Of a stretch of DNA of 64,000 bases, positions 18,245 to 27,013 are shown piece by piece. Both the position numbers and the translations under genes were made by a program. Below the pieces are notes generated by a model, which did not search any database, was not told the origin of the DNA, and saw only the letters and a program-made list of their open reading frames with translations. This DNA is from Candidatus Omnitrophota bacterium (lineage in GTDB: Bacteria; Omnitrophota; Gorgyraeia; Zapsychrales; Zapsychraceae), in contig JAGQKV010000004.1 in NCBI GenBank assembly GCA_020429915.1, positions 68,833-132,832 of the forward strand, given 5' to 3'. Each line of letters begins with the position of its first letter. Position 1 is the first letter of the stretch.

Positions 18245-18409
18245 CTATTCCTTCCCTTCCTCCTCCTGAGCCTTAAGCTTGGCTTCAAACGCCCTGAAGG
18301 CGTTCTTATTTAAGAAGTACTTCCCGTTGCGGTAATATCTTCTGGATCGCTTCAATGTCGTTCCCGTTTGTGCGCACTTTTTGCTGATATCTTCTTTTTC
18401 GTCGGCCAT
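18245..18409 (-). CDS. possible small basic protein (54 aa) between the two PilZ genes
   Basis: ATG at 18407-18409. Sequence MADEKEDISKKCAQTGTTLKRSRRYYRNGKYFLNKNAFRAFEAKLKAQEEEGKE. It is below the ORF-track cut-off and has no recognised family. Confidence 0.3.
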   Translation of the reverse strand: MADEKEDISKKCAQTGTTLKRSRRYYRNGKYFLNKNAFRAFEAKLKAQEEEGKE

Positions 18410-18446
18410 AACGTCTTCAGTCTCCTGTCAGTTCTCCGGCGGCGGC

Positions 18447-18788
18447 CTAAATGGCAGCGGCCACCATGCCGCGGATCTTTTTTTTCTCTTCTGGAATGAT
18501 TTCCGGATCGGCAAATGTGACGCCCGCCTGGTATTGATCGCTGTACGGGATTTGCGATACCCATACGATCCGGCCCCGGCAGTCTACATTTTGACCCGGT
18601 CTAAGTGCAATGTTAAGAACAACTTCAGTACCAAGAGGCAGGAATTCCGGAAGCCTCAGGCGCAGGCCGGACTCCGATATGTCGTAGGCCACGGTACCGG
18701 CGAAATGACCGGGGTCTAATAATTCGTAGCGCACCGGCTCTTTAAATGTTATCCTTTTAGCAAGGCGTCGTTCTTCGGCAGTCTTCAT
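18447..18788 (-). CDS. PilZ domain protein (c-di-GMP receptor)
   Basis: RRLAKR ... DISESGL matches the PilZ motif. 113 aa. Confidence 0.75.
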   Translation of the reverse strand: MKTAEERRLAKRITFKEPVRYELLDPGHFAGTVAYDISESGLRLRLPEFLPLGTEVVLNIALRPGQNVDCRGRIVWVSQIPYSDQYQAGVTFADPEIIPEEKKKIRGMVAAAI

Positions 18789-18833
18789 AGTCGCGCAACC
18801 TCTTGCTCTTTACATGCCTTGAATTTAGTCTGC

Positions 18834-18861
18834 ATTATAGCACAAACGGTTTGACAGACAA
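18834..18861 (-). promoter_or_regulatory. candidate promoter of the PilZ gene (-35 TTGTCT, 16-nt spacer, TGcTATAAT extended -10)
   Basis: Minus strand reads TTGTCTgtcaaaccgtttgTGcTATAAT, about 46 nt upstream of the ATG at 18788. Confidence 0.4.
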
Positions 18862-18877
18862 CGCTTTTTTTGTCACC

Positions 18878-18908
18878 GTTTGAACCCCCCGGGAGAGCTC
18901 GTTCAAAC
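18878..18908. promoter_or_regulatory. 8-bp inverted repeat GTTTGAAC-N15-GTTCAAAC in the divergent pilZ/exeA intergenic region
   Basis: Perfect inverted repeat between the two divergent promoters. It is a possible regulator binding site. Confidence 0.3.
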
Positions 18909-18973
18909 CTTTAACTTCTTACATCACAAGGGATTAAGATCTCACACCCGAAGCACAATTCTGCAAATCTGGG

Positions 18974-19002
18974 TTTACCCGCCCCCGCCCGCGTGATATA
19001 AT
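18974..19002 (+). promoter_or_regulatory. candidate exeA promoter (-35 TTTACC, 17-nt spacer, TGaTATAAT) ending 8 nt before the ATG, which implies a leaderless or very short-leader mRNA
   Basis: tttaccc gcccccgcccgcgTGaTATAATtcgagcaaATG. There is no SD between the -10 and the start codon. Confidence 0.4.
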
Positions 19003-19010
19003 TCGAGCAA

Positions 19011-19829
19011 ATGTACAAAGAATTCTACAATTTCCGTGAGAATCCGTTCAACATCACCGCCGATCCGGATTTCTTCTTCTCAAGCGTTCAACACAAGGAA
19101 GCCATGACCCACCTTGTCTATGGCATCCAGCAACGCAAAGGGATCATTGCCATCACCGGGGAGATCGGAACCGGCAAGACCACACTCTGCCGCACAGTTC
19201 TTAACCAGCTGGATGAAACCATCAAGACCGCGCTGATCCTCAATCCGAATTTTTCCGACCTTCAACTCCTGCGGCTGATATTACAAGACCTGGGCATCCG
19301 CACCTCCGCCCGCAGTAAATACGATATGATCGATGCCCTCAACGAGTTCCTATTGGAGGAAACCAGCGCCGGGAACAATGTGGTGGTCATAATAGACGAA
19401 GCGCAGAATCTCAAAGTCAGCCAGCTGGAGCAGGTCCGCCTGTTGTCGAACCTGGAAACAGAGAAAGAAAAACTGCTGCAAATTGTCCTGGTCGGTCAGC
19501 CGGAGCTCATCGACAAATTGAAGCTCAACCAGTTGCGTCAGTTAAATCAGCGCATCGCCGTCCGCTATCACATCAGCTCCCTGACCCTGGACGAGATGAA
19601 GAACTACATCCGCCACCGCCTTGAAAAGGCGCAGCCCCCCGCAGATGAAGACCACCGCATCCGCTTTACGGATGAGGCTCTGGAGGCCATTTTTCATGTC
19701 TCACGCGGAACCCCCCGCATGGTCAATGTCCTGTGTGACCGGGCCTTGCTGGCCGGATATGCGGCCGAGACGTTTATCATAGACCACAACATCATTCATC
19801 GTTGCTCAAGGGAGGTCGGACAAAAATGA
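19011..19829 (+). CDS. exeA: ExeA/GspA/MshM-family AAA ATPase
   Basis: N-terminus MYKEFYNFRENPFNITADP, Walker A ITGEIGTGKTT, and ExeA-like length (272 aa). Confidence 0.8.
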   Translation: MYKEFYNFRENPFNITADPDFFFSSVQHKEAMTHLVYGIQQRKGIIAITGEIGTGKTTLCRTVLNQLDETIKTALILNPNFSDLQLLRLILQDLGIRTSARSKYDMIDALNEFLLEETSAGNNVVVIIDEAQNLKVSQLEQVRLLSNLETEKEKLLQIVLVGQPELIDKLKLNQLRQLNQRIAVRYHISSLTLDEMKNYIRHRLEKAQPPADEDHRIRFTDEALEAIFHVSRGTPRMVNVLCDRALLAGYAAETFIIDHNIIHRCSREVGQK

Positions 19830-20383
19830 GTATCATCAATGATGCCCTGAAACGCGCACAACAACGGATGAAAAAAGGCGGCGAGGACACGCCGCCCGAG
19901 AACAGCTCGGTGCAGGATCTCACACGCGAACAGAAACCGCCCTCCGTTCAGCATCCTCATCCCCACGCTCATCCACATCCGCGTCCCAAACCGGAAGGCG
20001 ATAAACCGTCTCTAAAGAAGAAAAAAGTCTGGTACCGGACCGTCTCGGCACTGGTCGTGACCTTTTTCTTTATCACCGGCATCCTGCTGGCCACCCTTTT
20101 CTTTTTAATGAAGCGCTCCGCCACGGAAACCGATCCGACCGCGGTGCTGCGCCGTGAATACATGCCCAAACCGCTTAAGCGGAACTTTAAACCCGGTGAA
20201 CTCGTCCTGTCGGGCACATCATTCGTGGAAGACAAGCGCGTCGCCCTGATCAACGACGGCATCTATGAGGTTGGGGATATCGTGGAAGGCTACCGGGTTA
20301 CTTCGATAGAGCTTAAGGAAGTACAGCTGGAAAATCTGCGCGGCGACAATGCGATCGTCCTGCGGACCCGTAGCAATAATTAG
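19826..20383 (+). CDS. ExeB/GspB-like partner protein (N-terminal SIINDALKRA motif, His-Pro repeat, TM, C-terminal periplasmic domain)
   Basis: The ORF was trimmed to MSIINDALKRAQ, matching the GspB N-terminal motif. It has a 4-nt overlap with exeA. It carries an HPHPHAHPHPRP repeat and one TM helix. Confidence 0.6.
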   Translation: MSIINDALKRAQQRMKKGGEDTPPENSSVQDLTREQKPPSVQHPHPHAHPHPRPKPEGDKPSLKKKKVWYRTVSALVVTFFFITGILLATLFFLMKRSATETDPTAVLRREYMPKPLKRNFKPGELVLSGTSFVEDKRVALINDGIYEVGDIVEGYRVTSIELKEVQLENLRGDNAIVLRTRSNN

Positions 20384-20386
20384 GCA

Positions 20387-21475
20387 CTACGCCATATACT
20401 TGCGAATGGCGGACTTGATGATATCGTCGCCGATGCCCTCGACGACCTTGACCTTACCGAGCGAAGTCACCAAAACGAAACGGTTCCTGCCGGAAACAAA
20501 TTTCTTGTCATGACGCATCACACGCATGATGTCAGCCACCTTCTGCCGACTGACTCTCTCAGGCAGCCCTATATGATCGATTAAGGAATTGATACGCTGC
20601 ACCGTGGGAGATTTAATCATTCCCAATTGCATGGAGATATCCGCCGCCATGCGCATTCCGATCGCGATCGCCTCACCATGGTCATATTGACGAAATCCTC
20701 CGACCGCCTCAATGGCATGCCCGATGGTATGTCCGAAATTCAGGATACTCCGGATCCCCTTGGTCTCCTTCTCGTCAGCCAGCACAACATCCGTCTTGAT
20801 CTGACTGCAGCGCTGTACGATATGCAGTAATGTCCTGCGGTCCCACGCAAAGACTTTCGGGAAATGCTTTTCGATGTAGACAAAGAGTTCTCTGTCCCGG
20901 ATGATGCCGTACTTCACGGCCTCCGCGAATCCGTTGCGTAGCTGGCGCGGCGGAAGCGTCCTGAGCAGGGCGGTGTCGCTAAAGACCATTTTAGGCTGAT
21001 GAAATGCCCCCATCAGATTCTTGCCGATGCTCAGGTCGACCCCGGTCTTCCCTCCGATCGACGAATCGATCTGCGCCAGGAACGTCGTCGGCACCTGGAC
21101 ATACGGGATGCCCCGCTTGTACGCAGCGGCCACGAAGCCGGCCAAATCCCCGATGACGCCGCCGCCGAAAGCGACGATAAAAACCTGCTTCATGACGTCA
21201 TAACGGGCAATCTGTTCAATCAGGTCGACCGCGACCGCCGCCGATTTGCTTTTTTCTCCGTCCGGGACAATCAACTCTTTGACCGCAAAACCGGCCTCAC
21301 GCATAGTGCGCGTCAGGACGCGGCCATGAAATTTCTTGATCACCGGTGAAGTAATAACGACCGCATCGTGACCGATCTTAAGGGACTTTAGGGTCCGGCC
21401 CAGATCCGGCAGGCAGTCATGGCCGATGCGGATCTTGTAGGGGTTTGCTTTGAGGGTCATCGCCACCGTTCTCAT
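20387..21475 (-). CDS. aroB: 3-dehydroquinate synthase
   Basis: 362 aa with the NAD-binding GGGVIGDLAGFVAA motif and a conserved DHQS core. Confidence 0.9.
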   Translation of the reverse strand: MRTVAMTLKANPYKIRIGHDCLPDLGRTLKSLKIGHDAVVITSPVIKKFHGRVLTRTMREAGFAVKELIVPDGEKSKSAAVAVDLIEQIARYDVMKQVFIVAFGGGVIGDLAGFVAAAYKRGIPYVQVPTTFLAQIDSSIGGKTGVDLSIGKNLMGAFHQPKMVFSDTALLRTLPPRQLRNGFAEAVKYGIIRDRELFVYIEKHFPKVFAWDRRTLLHIVQRCSQIKTDVVLADEKETKGIRSILNFGHTIGHAIEAVGGFRQYDHGEAIAIGMRMAADISMQLGMIKSPTVQRINSLIDHIGLPERVSRQKVADIMRVMRHDKKFVSGRNRFVLVTSLGKVKVVEGIGDDIIKSAIRKYMA

Positions 21476-22098
21476 ACGTGGACTCCCAGGACGGTCATCG
21501 TGGCCTCAACCGCCGGCAACACAATCCGCTGAAACAGGCCGAGCGGCAGCAGGGCAAACACGATAAATACCCCGTAGGGCTCCAGCCGGCTGTATGCACG
21601 GGCCTGCCGGTTAGGCAATAGCCCCATGACCAATCGTGACCCGTCAAGCGGCGGAATGGGCACCATATTGAAAAAGGCCAGCACCAGATTTATGTAAATG
21701 ACGATAAACAAAACGGTCTCCACATACGGGTGAGGACTGAGCTGCAAGAGCAGACTGGCCACAAGGGCGACGACGACATTAACCGCCGGACCGGCCATGC
21801 CGACGTAAATAATCCCCCGTTTGGGATTTCGCAGACGGGCAAAATTGACAGGTACCGGTTTGGCCAGCGCGATCGGCGGGAACGGACTTCCCAACAGGCG
21901 CAGTCCGATCAGTAAAACCGGCAGCAAAACGGTGCCGAACAAGTCCACGTGCCTGATCGGATTGAGGGTCAACCGCCCCATAGACTTGGCCGTGGGGTCA
22001 CCGAGCCGGTTGGCAGTCCACGCGTGCGCGTACTCGTGAATCACAAAGGAAGGAAACAGGATAATCAGGATCAAAAGGATTTCGACAGTACCCGGCAC
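21472..22098 (-). CDS. M50-family (site-2 protease-like) zinc metallopeptidase, membrane
   Basis: HEYAHAW (HExxH) lies in the first TM region. Multiple TM helices and an LDG motif are present. Confidence 0.75.
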   Translation of the reverse strand: MPGTVEILLILIILFPSFVIHEYAHAWTANRLGDPTAKSMGRLTLNPIRHVDLFGTVLLPVLLIGLRLLGSPFPPIALAKPVPVNFARLRNPKRGIIYVGMAGPAVNVVVALVASLLLQLSPHPYVETVLFIVIYINLVLAFFNMVPIPPLDGSRLVMGLLPNRQARAYSRLEPYGVFIVFALLPLGLFQRIVLPAVEATMTVLGVHV

Positions 22099-22119
22099 GC
22101 AGACCTCTTGGAACGTGAT

Positions 22120-23004
22120 TTAAAGGACGAGTTGAATCCGCGACACAACGACCACGGGATGATCAAGCCCGGCAGCGGGGTCTTGCTTAAGGTGGCCTTC
22201 AATCTTGACGCGATAGTTGACGAACGGCTTCAACAGCTGGCTGAAACCGTCCAGATAGTAGGTTCCGTCACCGTTGTTGACCAGCGTGTATTCGAATCCG
22301 TTTTCCGCGGTGTTTTCTGTGAGGACGCCGGTGAAAGCGGTCTGCATCGTCGGAGTGGGTTCCGGTTCGGGTTCCGTGGACATCTCCAACTCTTCTGCCG
22401 GCGGCTTCGGGGGGACAGCCTTCTCTAACACGGCCAACTCTTTGGCGTCGAGCCAGCGGTCGGCCTGCACATCGGAAGAAACAAAATCGATAAAGTCTTC
22501 TCTGATCCAGCCGTACGTTTCCGGAATAGGACGGATGCGCAACCATTTTTCGTCGGAACCATCAACAACCAGGACGCGATCGCCTTCGTTGGCCTGTCCC
22601 AGGACCGAAAAATTAATACCGGCACCGCCGCGCACATTGACCCGGTCTGCGGTCACCTCCCCCACCTGCGCGCTGATCATACGCACATATTCGCGCGTTA
22701 GATAGCTCTTGGCGTCTTTGGGTAGGCGGACTTTGTACCAGCTGAAACTCTTCTCCTCGACAATAACGGCCTGGTCCATTTTGGCCTCGCCGAGACTCTC
22801 AAAGTTCCGGCTCTGGCCGGCGCGGATATTAACCGATTTGACGTTGATCTTCCCGGCGAAAGGAAAAAATTCCTGCTGGGCGCACGACGGGCCCGGAACC
22901 CCCAGCAGTGCCGTGGTCAACATTAGTGTGCAGATAAGGTGGATACGGTTACGCGCGGGGAAAGGCGGGCGATGCGGAATCTTACTTGCCCTTCTTCTCG
23001 TCAT
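22120..23004 (-). CDS. secreted protein with two bacterial SH3 (SH3b) domains; start uncertain
   Basis: Repeated VN(I/V)R.G.....LG....V.V motifs, a short signal peptide MLTTALLGVPGPSCA, and an Ala/Pro/Glu-rich linker. The ORF-track ORF is longer (to 23076), but its N-terminus is Arg/Pro-rich shadow. Confidence 0.6.
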   Translation of the reverse strand: MTRRRASKIPHRPPFPARNRIHLICTLMLTTALLGVPGPSCAQQEFFPFAGKINVKSVNIRAGQSRNFESLGEAKMDQAVIVEEKSFSWYKVRLPKDAKSYLTREYVRMISAQVGEVTADRVNVRGGAGINFSVLGQANEGDRVLVVDGSDEKWLRIRPIPETYGWIREDFIDFVSSDVQADRWLDAKELAVLEKAVPPKPPAEELEMSTEPEPEPTPTMQTAFTGVLTENTAENGFEYTLVNNGDGTYYLDGFSQLLKPFVNYRVKIEGHLKQDPAAGLDHPVVVVSRIQLVL

Positions 23005-23194
23005 CCTTGGCCTCGGCCTTTTTCTTGCGACCGGCTTTGACCTTGACGATTTTGGTCTTGGGAAGTCCGACCACACTCATGTCGTCGCTCCACTTCCCTT
23101 TCTTCATCAGGTCCTTGATCCGTTCGATGCGTGTCAGAACAGTGCGCTGTTGCGCTCCGGCAGAATCAACCTTTAACGATGGGTGTAATGACAT
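22982..23194 (-). CDS. small basic hypothetical protein (70 aa, Lys-rich C-terminus)
   Basis: ORF track. It has plausible codon usage and is packed between the SPOR and SH3 genes. No family recognised. Confidence 0.4.
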   Translation of the reverse strand: MSLHPSLKVDSAGAQQRTVLTRIERIKDLMKKGKWSDDMSVVGLPKTKIVKVKAGRKKKAEAKDDEKKGK

Positions 23195-23195
23195 T

Positions 23196-23795
23196 TTAAA
23201 ATCTCCTCACTAGGCAGTCTTTATAGCGTTCACTAAGTCTCCGGGAATAATTCTTGGCTTCCGCGGCCTGGTTGAACTGGCCTACGGTCACGATGGCGTA
23301 ATCCCCTTTGCGCAGAACAAATGTTTCGTAGCCCTTGTCCTTCAGCCACGAGGCTTCCCGTTGCGCGGAGGTATCCTTCTTAAACGAGGCCACCTGGATC
23401 GTGAATTTATCATCGTCCACAACCTCTTCCGGCAATTTGATTTGCATCACCTCTACGCGCTCCGGCTCCGGTTCGGGGACGGCCGCCAACTCCTCCGGCA
23501 ACTCGAAAACCTCGGTTTTCTCCGGCACAGAGCTGACTATTATAGCAGGTTCCGCCGCAATGTCAGCAACAATTTTCGGGTCCTCCGAGACGGAATCGCC
23601 CCCTCCCCGGCCCTGCCGGACCCCCAGACAAAAGCACGTGACGTTGGTGATAATCAGAAATAGGCAGATCCCTACGATATGTTCGGTCTGCAGGCGGATC
23701 GTGCGGGGCTGGAGATAGCTTAAATTGGGATGGTATTCAGGCCGCTTCCCGTGGGGAAACAGCTCAAATTGGTTATGAATATTACTATCAGACAT
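23196..23795 (-). CDS. SPOR-domain protein (DedD/FtsN-like septal peptidoglycan-binding protein)
   Basis: An N-terminal cytoplasmic segment, one TM helix, an acidic linker, then a C-terminal SPOR domain (FTIQVASFKKDTSAQREASWLKDKGYETFV). Confidence 0.7.
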   Translation of the reverse strand: MSDSNIHNQFELFPHGKRPEYHPNLSYLQPRTIRLQTEHIVGICLFLIITNVTCFCLGVRQGRGGGDSVSEDPKIVADIAAEPAIIVSSVPEKTEVFELPEELAAVPEPEPERVEVMQIKLPEEVVDDDKFTIQVASFKKDTSAQREASWLKDKGYETFVLRKGDYAIVTVGQFNQAAEAKNYSRRLSERYKDCLVRRF

Positions 23796-23811
23796 GTGTC
23801 CAATTATAATA

Positions 23812-24879
23812 CTACTGTTTCATCGAACACAAGTAATTTCTGAATTTTTTCTGCCGCGTAAGTTCTATAAATGCTTCCACCACCTTAGGATCGAACTGCG
23901 TACCGCTGTGGAGCTTGAGTTCCCGGAGCGCATCCTGGAAGGTCAGTTTTTTCTTATAGGGCCGGTCGGAAATCATAGCCAGGAAAGAATCCACAACCGC
24001 GATGATGCGCGCCCCCTGCGGGATCTGCTCCTTGCGCAACCCGGACGGATAGCCTGATCCATCGTATTTCTCGTGATGATAAAGAATGATCGGCAAAACC
24101 GGTTTGAGAAAGTCGACCGGTTTAATCAATTCCACAGCGCGGGCGGGCTGATCGCGGATCAGCTTAAACTCCTCCGGGGTCAGCTGACTGGATTTCGATA
24201 AGACATCGTACGGGATATCAATGGCACCGGCATCGCGCAAAATACTGGCATGATACAAATTGTTCACCTGGTCAGAAGATACGCGCAGTTTCTCGCCGAG
24301 CATACTGACGATATTGAAATAATTTGAGGTGTTTTTCTTGATCGCCGACGAGCCCTGCTGCTGCAACAACCCCCCGATAAACTTGATGCTCTCCAGGATT
24401 GTCTTCTGCTGCATTTCATAAAGTTGCAGGTTCTTAATCGCCGTAACGGATTGTTCGGTTACGACAGAAAGCATATCCCGGTCGAAATCGTTGAACGGAT
24501 CCTCCCCCCGCTTGCGCTTTACGTAAATCGCACCGACGATATCGTCGGCAACGAGCGGAATTCCGATCAGACTTTTCTCAAACACGGAAAATCCCTGCAG
24601 CATCCGCTCTTCTTTGGGCGTGAGTTCGTTCAAATCCTTACGTTTATCCAGCAGAATATTGATGCGGTTGTCGAATACGGCTTTGAGGATGACCCGTTTT
24701 TTGCTGGGATCGAGCAGGAGTATCGTCGACGAGCTCGTCTTGATGAATTGACACAGCAGCCGGGTCAGACGCAATATCAACTCGCGGACGTTGTAAGTTG
24801 AGTTGACCAGGCGGTAAACCATGTGCACCGCCGAAAGGACCAACTTATACTTTTTTGAATGGATTGAAGAGTTTTTCAT
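23812..24879 (-). CDS. GAF domain / HD-GYP domain c-di-GMP phosphodiesterase
   Basis: HD-GYP signature HHEKYDGSGYP, with an N-terminal GAF-like domain. Confidence 0.8.
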   Translation of the reverse strand: MKNSSIHSKKYKLVLSAVHMVYRLVNSTYNVRELILRLTRLLCQFIKTSSSTILLLDPSKKRVILKAVFDNRINILLDKRKDLNELTPKEERMLQGFSVFEKSLIGIPLVADDIVGAIYVKRKRGEDPFNDFDRDMLSVVTEQSVTAIKNLQLYEMQQKTILESIKFIGGLLQQQGSSAIKKNTSNYFNIVSMLGEKLRVSSDQVNNLYHASILRDAGAIDIPYDVLSKSSQLTPEEFKLIRDQPARAVELIKPVDFLKPVLPIILYHHEKYDGSGYPSGLRKEQIPQGARIIAVVDSFLAMISDRPYKKKLTFQDALRELKLHSGTQFDPKVVEAFIELTRQKKFRNYLCSMKQ

Positions 24880-26059
24880 GTTCGTCCAATGCGGAGCGGT
24901 CGGTCATGCCCGCGATGTAATTGCATATGATGGGTCGCGCCCTGATTTGCAGCTCCTTCAACTCCTGCCCGCCCATCTCATCGAGCATTGTCTTGCCCGC
25001 GCGCGGCCAGTACCGGTAGGGCAGCTGGTCCGGATTCTCCAGATAGGCCATGAAGATGCCCCGGATAACCCGCCGTGCTTTTTCCGTCATCCGCAAGACT
25101 CGATAATGCGAATAGAGCTTGTCCATTAACAGTTTTTGCAAAAAGTTTCGCCTCTTTTTCATCGTCGGAGAAAAATCGATCAGAGGCTCAGGCAACTCCT
25201 GCAGGTGATATTTCTTGACCTCTTCCGAACTCTGCAGTGCCGCTTTTTTCAGCTGTGCCAGGGAATTCTCCAGCAAGTCTCGCGTTTGCGTATCGATGAG
25301 AAACTTAACGACCTGGTATTTCAGCATCTCCTTGTTCGTCGGATCCAGCTGCGCGTCGATCTTCTCGTACGAATCCCGCCACAGATCGCTGTCCATCAAA
25401 TCGTCCTTGGTGATGCATCCTGAAGTTAATCCGTCGTCGATGTCATGCGACAAATACGCCAGTGCGTCAGCGATGTCGACCACCTTCGCTTCCAGGGTGG
25501 GGCCGATATTCTTGTATCGGTCCAATTCACCACTGATATCGTAGGTGGTTTCATGTTTCAGTATCCCCACGCGGACTTCTTCGGTCAAATCCAATCCGTT
25601 GAATTTCGGATAGCGTTTCTCGAATTCGGTGACAATTTGATAGCTGCGGAAATTATGGTCGAATTGCTGTCCGGCCTCCTTCATCAGATCGTTAAGCGCC
25701 TTTTCTCCGGCGTGCCCGAAGGGGGGGTGGCCCAGATCATGCGCCAAAGCGATAGCCTCGATCAAATCTTCGTTGAGACGCAGGCTGCGGCCGATGGTGC
25801 GGGCGATCTGCGCGACCTCGATGGTGTGCGTGAGCCGGGTCCGATAGTAATCTCCTTCGAGGATGACAAAGACCTGCGTCTTGTACTCCAGCTTACGGAA
25901 GGCCTCGGAATGGACTACCCGGTCCCGGTCGCGCTGGTAACAGGTGCGCACGAGGTGTTGGGAGTTGTCATGTTCGCGGCCGTTGGAGTCCTTACTACGC
26001 ATGGCGTAGGGCGCCAGCGTCCGGTCCTCGAGGGCTTCAATATCTTCTCTGGTATGCAT
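24845..26059 (-). CDS. dgt: dGTPase-family (Dgt-like) deoxynucleoside triphosphate triphosphohydrolase
   Basis: QRDRDRVVHSEAFRKLEYKTQVF and HDLGHPPFGH HD motifs. Confidence 0.85.
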   Translation of the reverse strand: MHTREDIEALEDRTLAPYAMRSKDSNGREHDNSQHLVRTCYQRDRDRVVHSEAFRKLEYKTQVFVILEGDYYRTRLTHTIEVAQIARTIGRSLRLNEDLIEAIALAHDLGHPPFGHAGEKALNDLMKEAGQQFDHNFRSYQIVTEFEKRYPKFNGLDLTEEVRVGILKHETTYDISGELDRYKNIGPTLEAKVVDIADALAYLSHDIDDGLTSGCITKDDLMDSDLWRDSYEKIDAQLDPTNKEMLKYQVVKFLIDTQTRDLLENSLAQLKKAALQSSEEVKKYHLQELPEPLIDFSPTMKKRRNFLQKLLMDKLYSHYRVLRMTEKARRVIRGIFMAYLENPDQLPYRYWPRAGKTMLDEMGGQELKELQIRARPIICNYIAGMTDRSALDEHEKLFNPFKKV

Positions 26060-26531
26060 CGACGAGCCTCTTGTGGACCTCTTTCAATGATTGAGAAATC
26101 ACCTTGGTGTCTGCCGTGACCGGCATAAAATTGACATCACCTTGCCAGCGGGGAACGATGTGCATATGAACATGCCCCGGAAAACCGGCACCAGCCTGCT
26201 TGCCCAGATTGATACCGATGTTCAGCCCCTGGGCGGATACCGCATCGCGCAACAGCGCCTTGCCGATTTCCATGGCCTCGTAGAAATCGGCCCGCTCGGC
26301 CGCCTTCATTTTAGCGGTGTCATTGACGTGACGGTAAGGGACAATCATCAGATGACCGTTGTTGTAAGGGTAGATGTTAAGAACGGCGTAACAGTATTCG
26401 CGACGGAAGATCACGAAATGACTACGGTCCCGGCGTTTTTCCTTGGCGATGTTGCAGAAGACGCAGCCCGTCTGCTTACCGACAAGACTCGTCACGTACT
26501 TCGATCGCCACGGCGCCCACAGCTTATCCAT
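26037..26531 (-). CDS. HIT-family nucleotide hydrolase/transferase
   Basis: Histidine triad HVHMHIVPR and an N-terminal CVFCNI motif. The start was reassigned to MDKLW. Its ATG overlaps the upstream stop as TAATG. Confidence 0.7.
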   Translation of the reverse strand: MDKLWAPWRSKYVTSLVGKQTGCVFCNIAKEKRRDRSHFVIFRREYCYAVLNIYPYNNGHLMIVPYRHVNDTAKMKAAERADFYEAMEIGKALLRDAVSAQGLNIGINLGKQAGAGFPGHVHMHIVPRWQGDVNFMPVTADTKVISQSLKEVHKRLVDAYQRRY

Positions 26532-27013
26532 TACATTTTCACTTTCACTATTTTCGGAAAGATTTGTTTGTCCTTGATGTCGATGATGCCGTAAGAACAA
26601 TAGGGCGCCAGAACCATGTCATTCGGACTACCCGGGTTGAAATAAAGGACCTTATTGATGGTTTCGTTGCAGGGGATGTGGGAATGACCGAAGATCACGA
26701 TATCCACTTTACTGCTGCGAAACTCCCGGATGGCATTGTTAAGTGTATCTTTCGGCGGACCGTAGCTGTGGAAAAGCCCGATCATAAAATCTTCGCATTT
26801 AAAAATCTGCCGCTGGGGCAAGATATCGCGAAGATGGGAATCGTCCATGTTCCCCACCACCGCCTTTACTTTAGTGATTTTCTGAAAAACTTCAAGTTCT
26901 TTTGTCGTGCAGAAATCGCCCGCGTGGATGATCATGTCCACCTTCTTGAAGTCATTCAGCATTTGCCGGGGAATATCGAGGGAATGCGTGTCCGCCACCA
27001 CACCTATTTTCAT
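26531..27013 (-). CDS. YfcE/MJ0936-family metallophosphoesterase
   Basis: GDxHG-type motifs: VVADTHS, HAGDF, GNMD and GHSHIP. Confidence 0.8.
   Translation of the reverse strand: MKIGVVADTHSLDIPRQMLNDFKKVDMIIHAGDFCTTKELEVFQKITKVKAVVGNMDDSHLRDILPQRQIFKCEDFMIGLFHSYGPPKDTLNNAIREFRSSKVDIVIFGHSHIPCNETINKVLYFNPGSPNDMVLAPYCSYGIIDIKDKQIFPKIVKVKM

Noticed and set aside
18352-18564. 70-aa basic minus-strand ORF and 18381-18719 plus-strand ORF
   Set aside because: They overlap the PilZ gene and the small-ORF region out of frame, with Arg/His-rich shadow composition.
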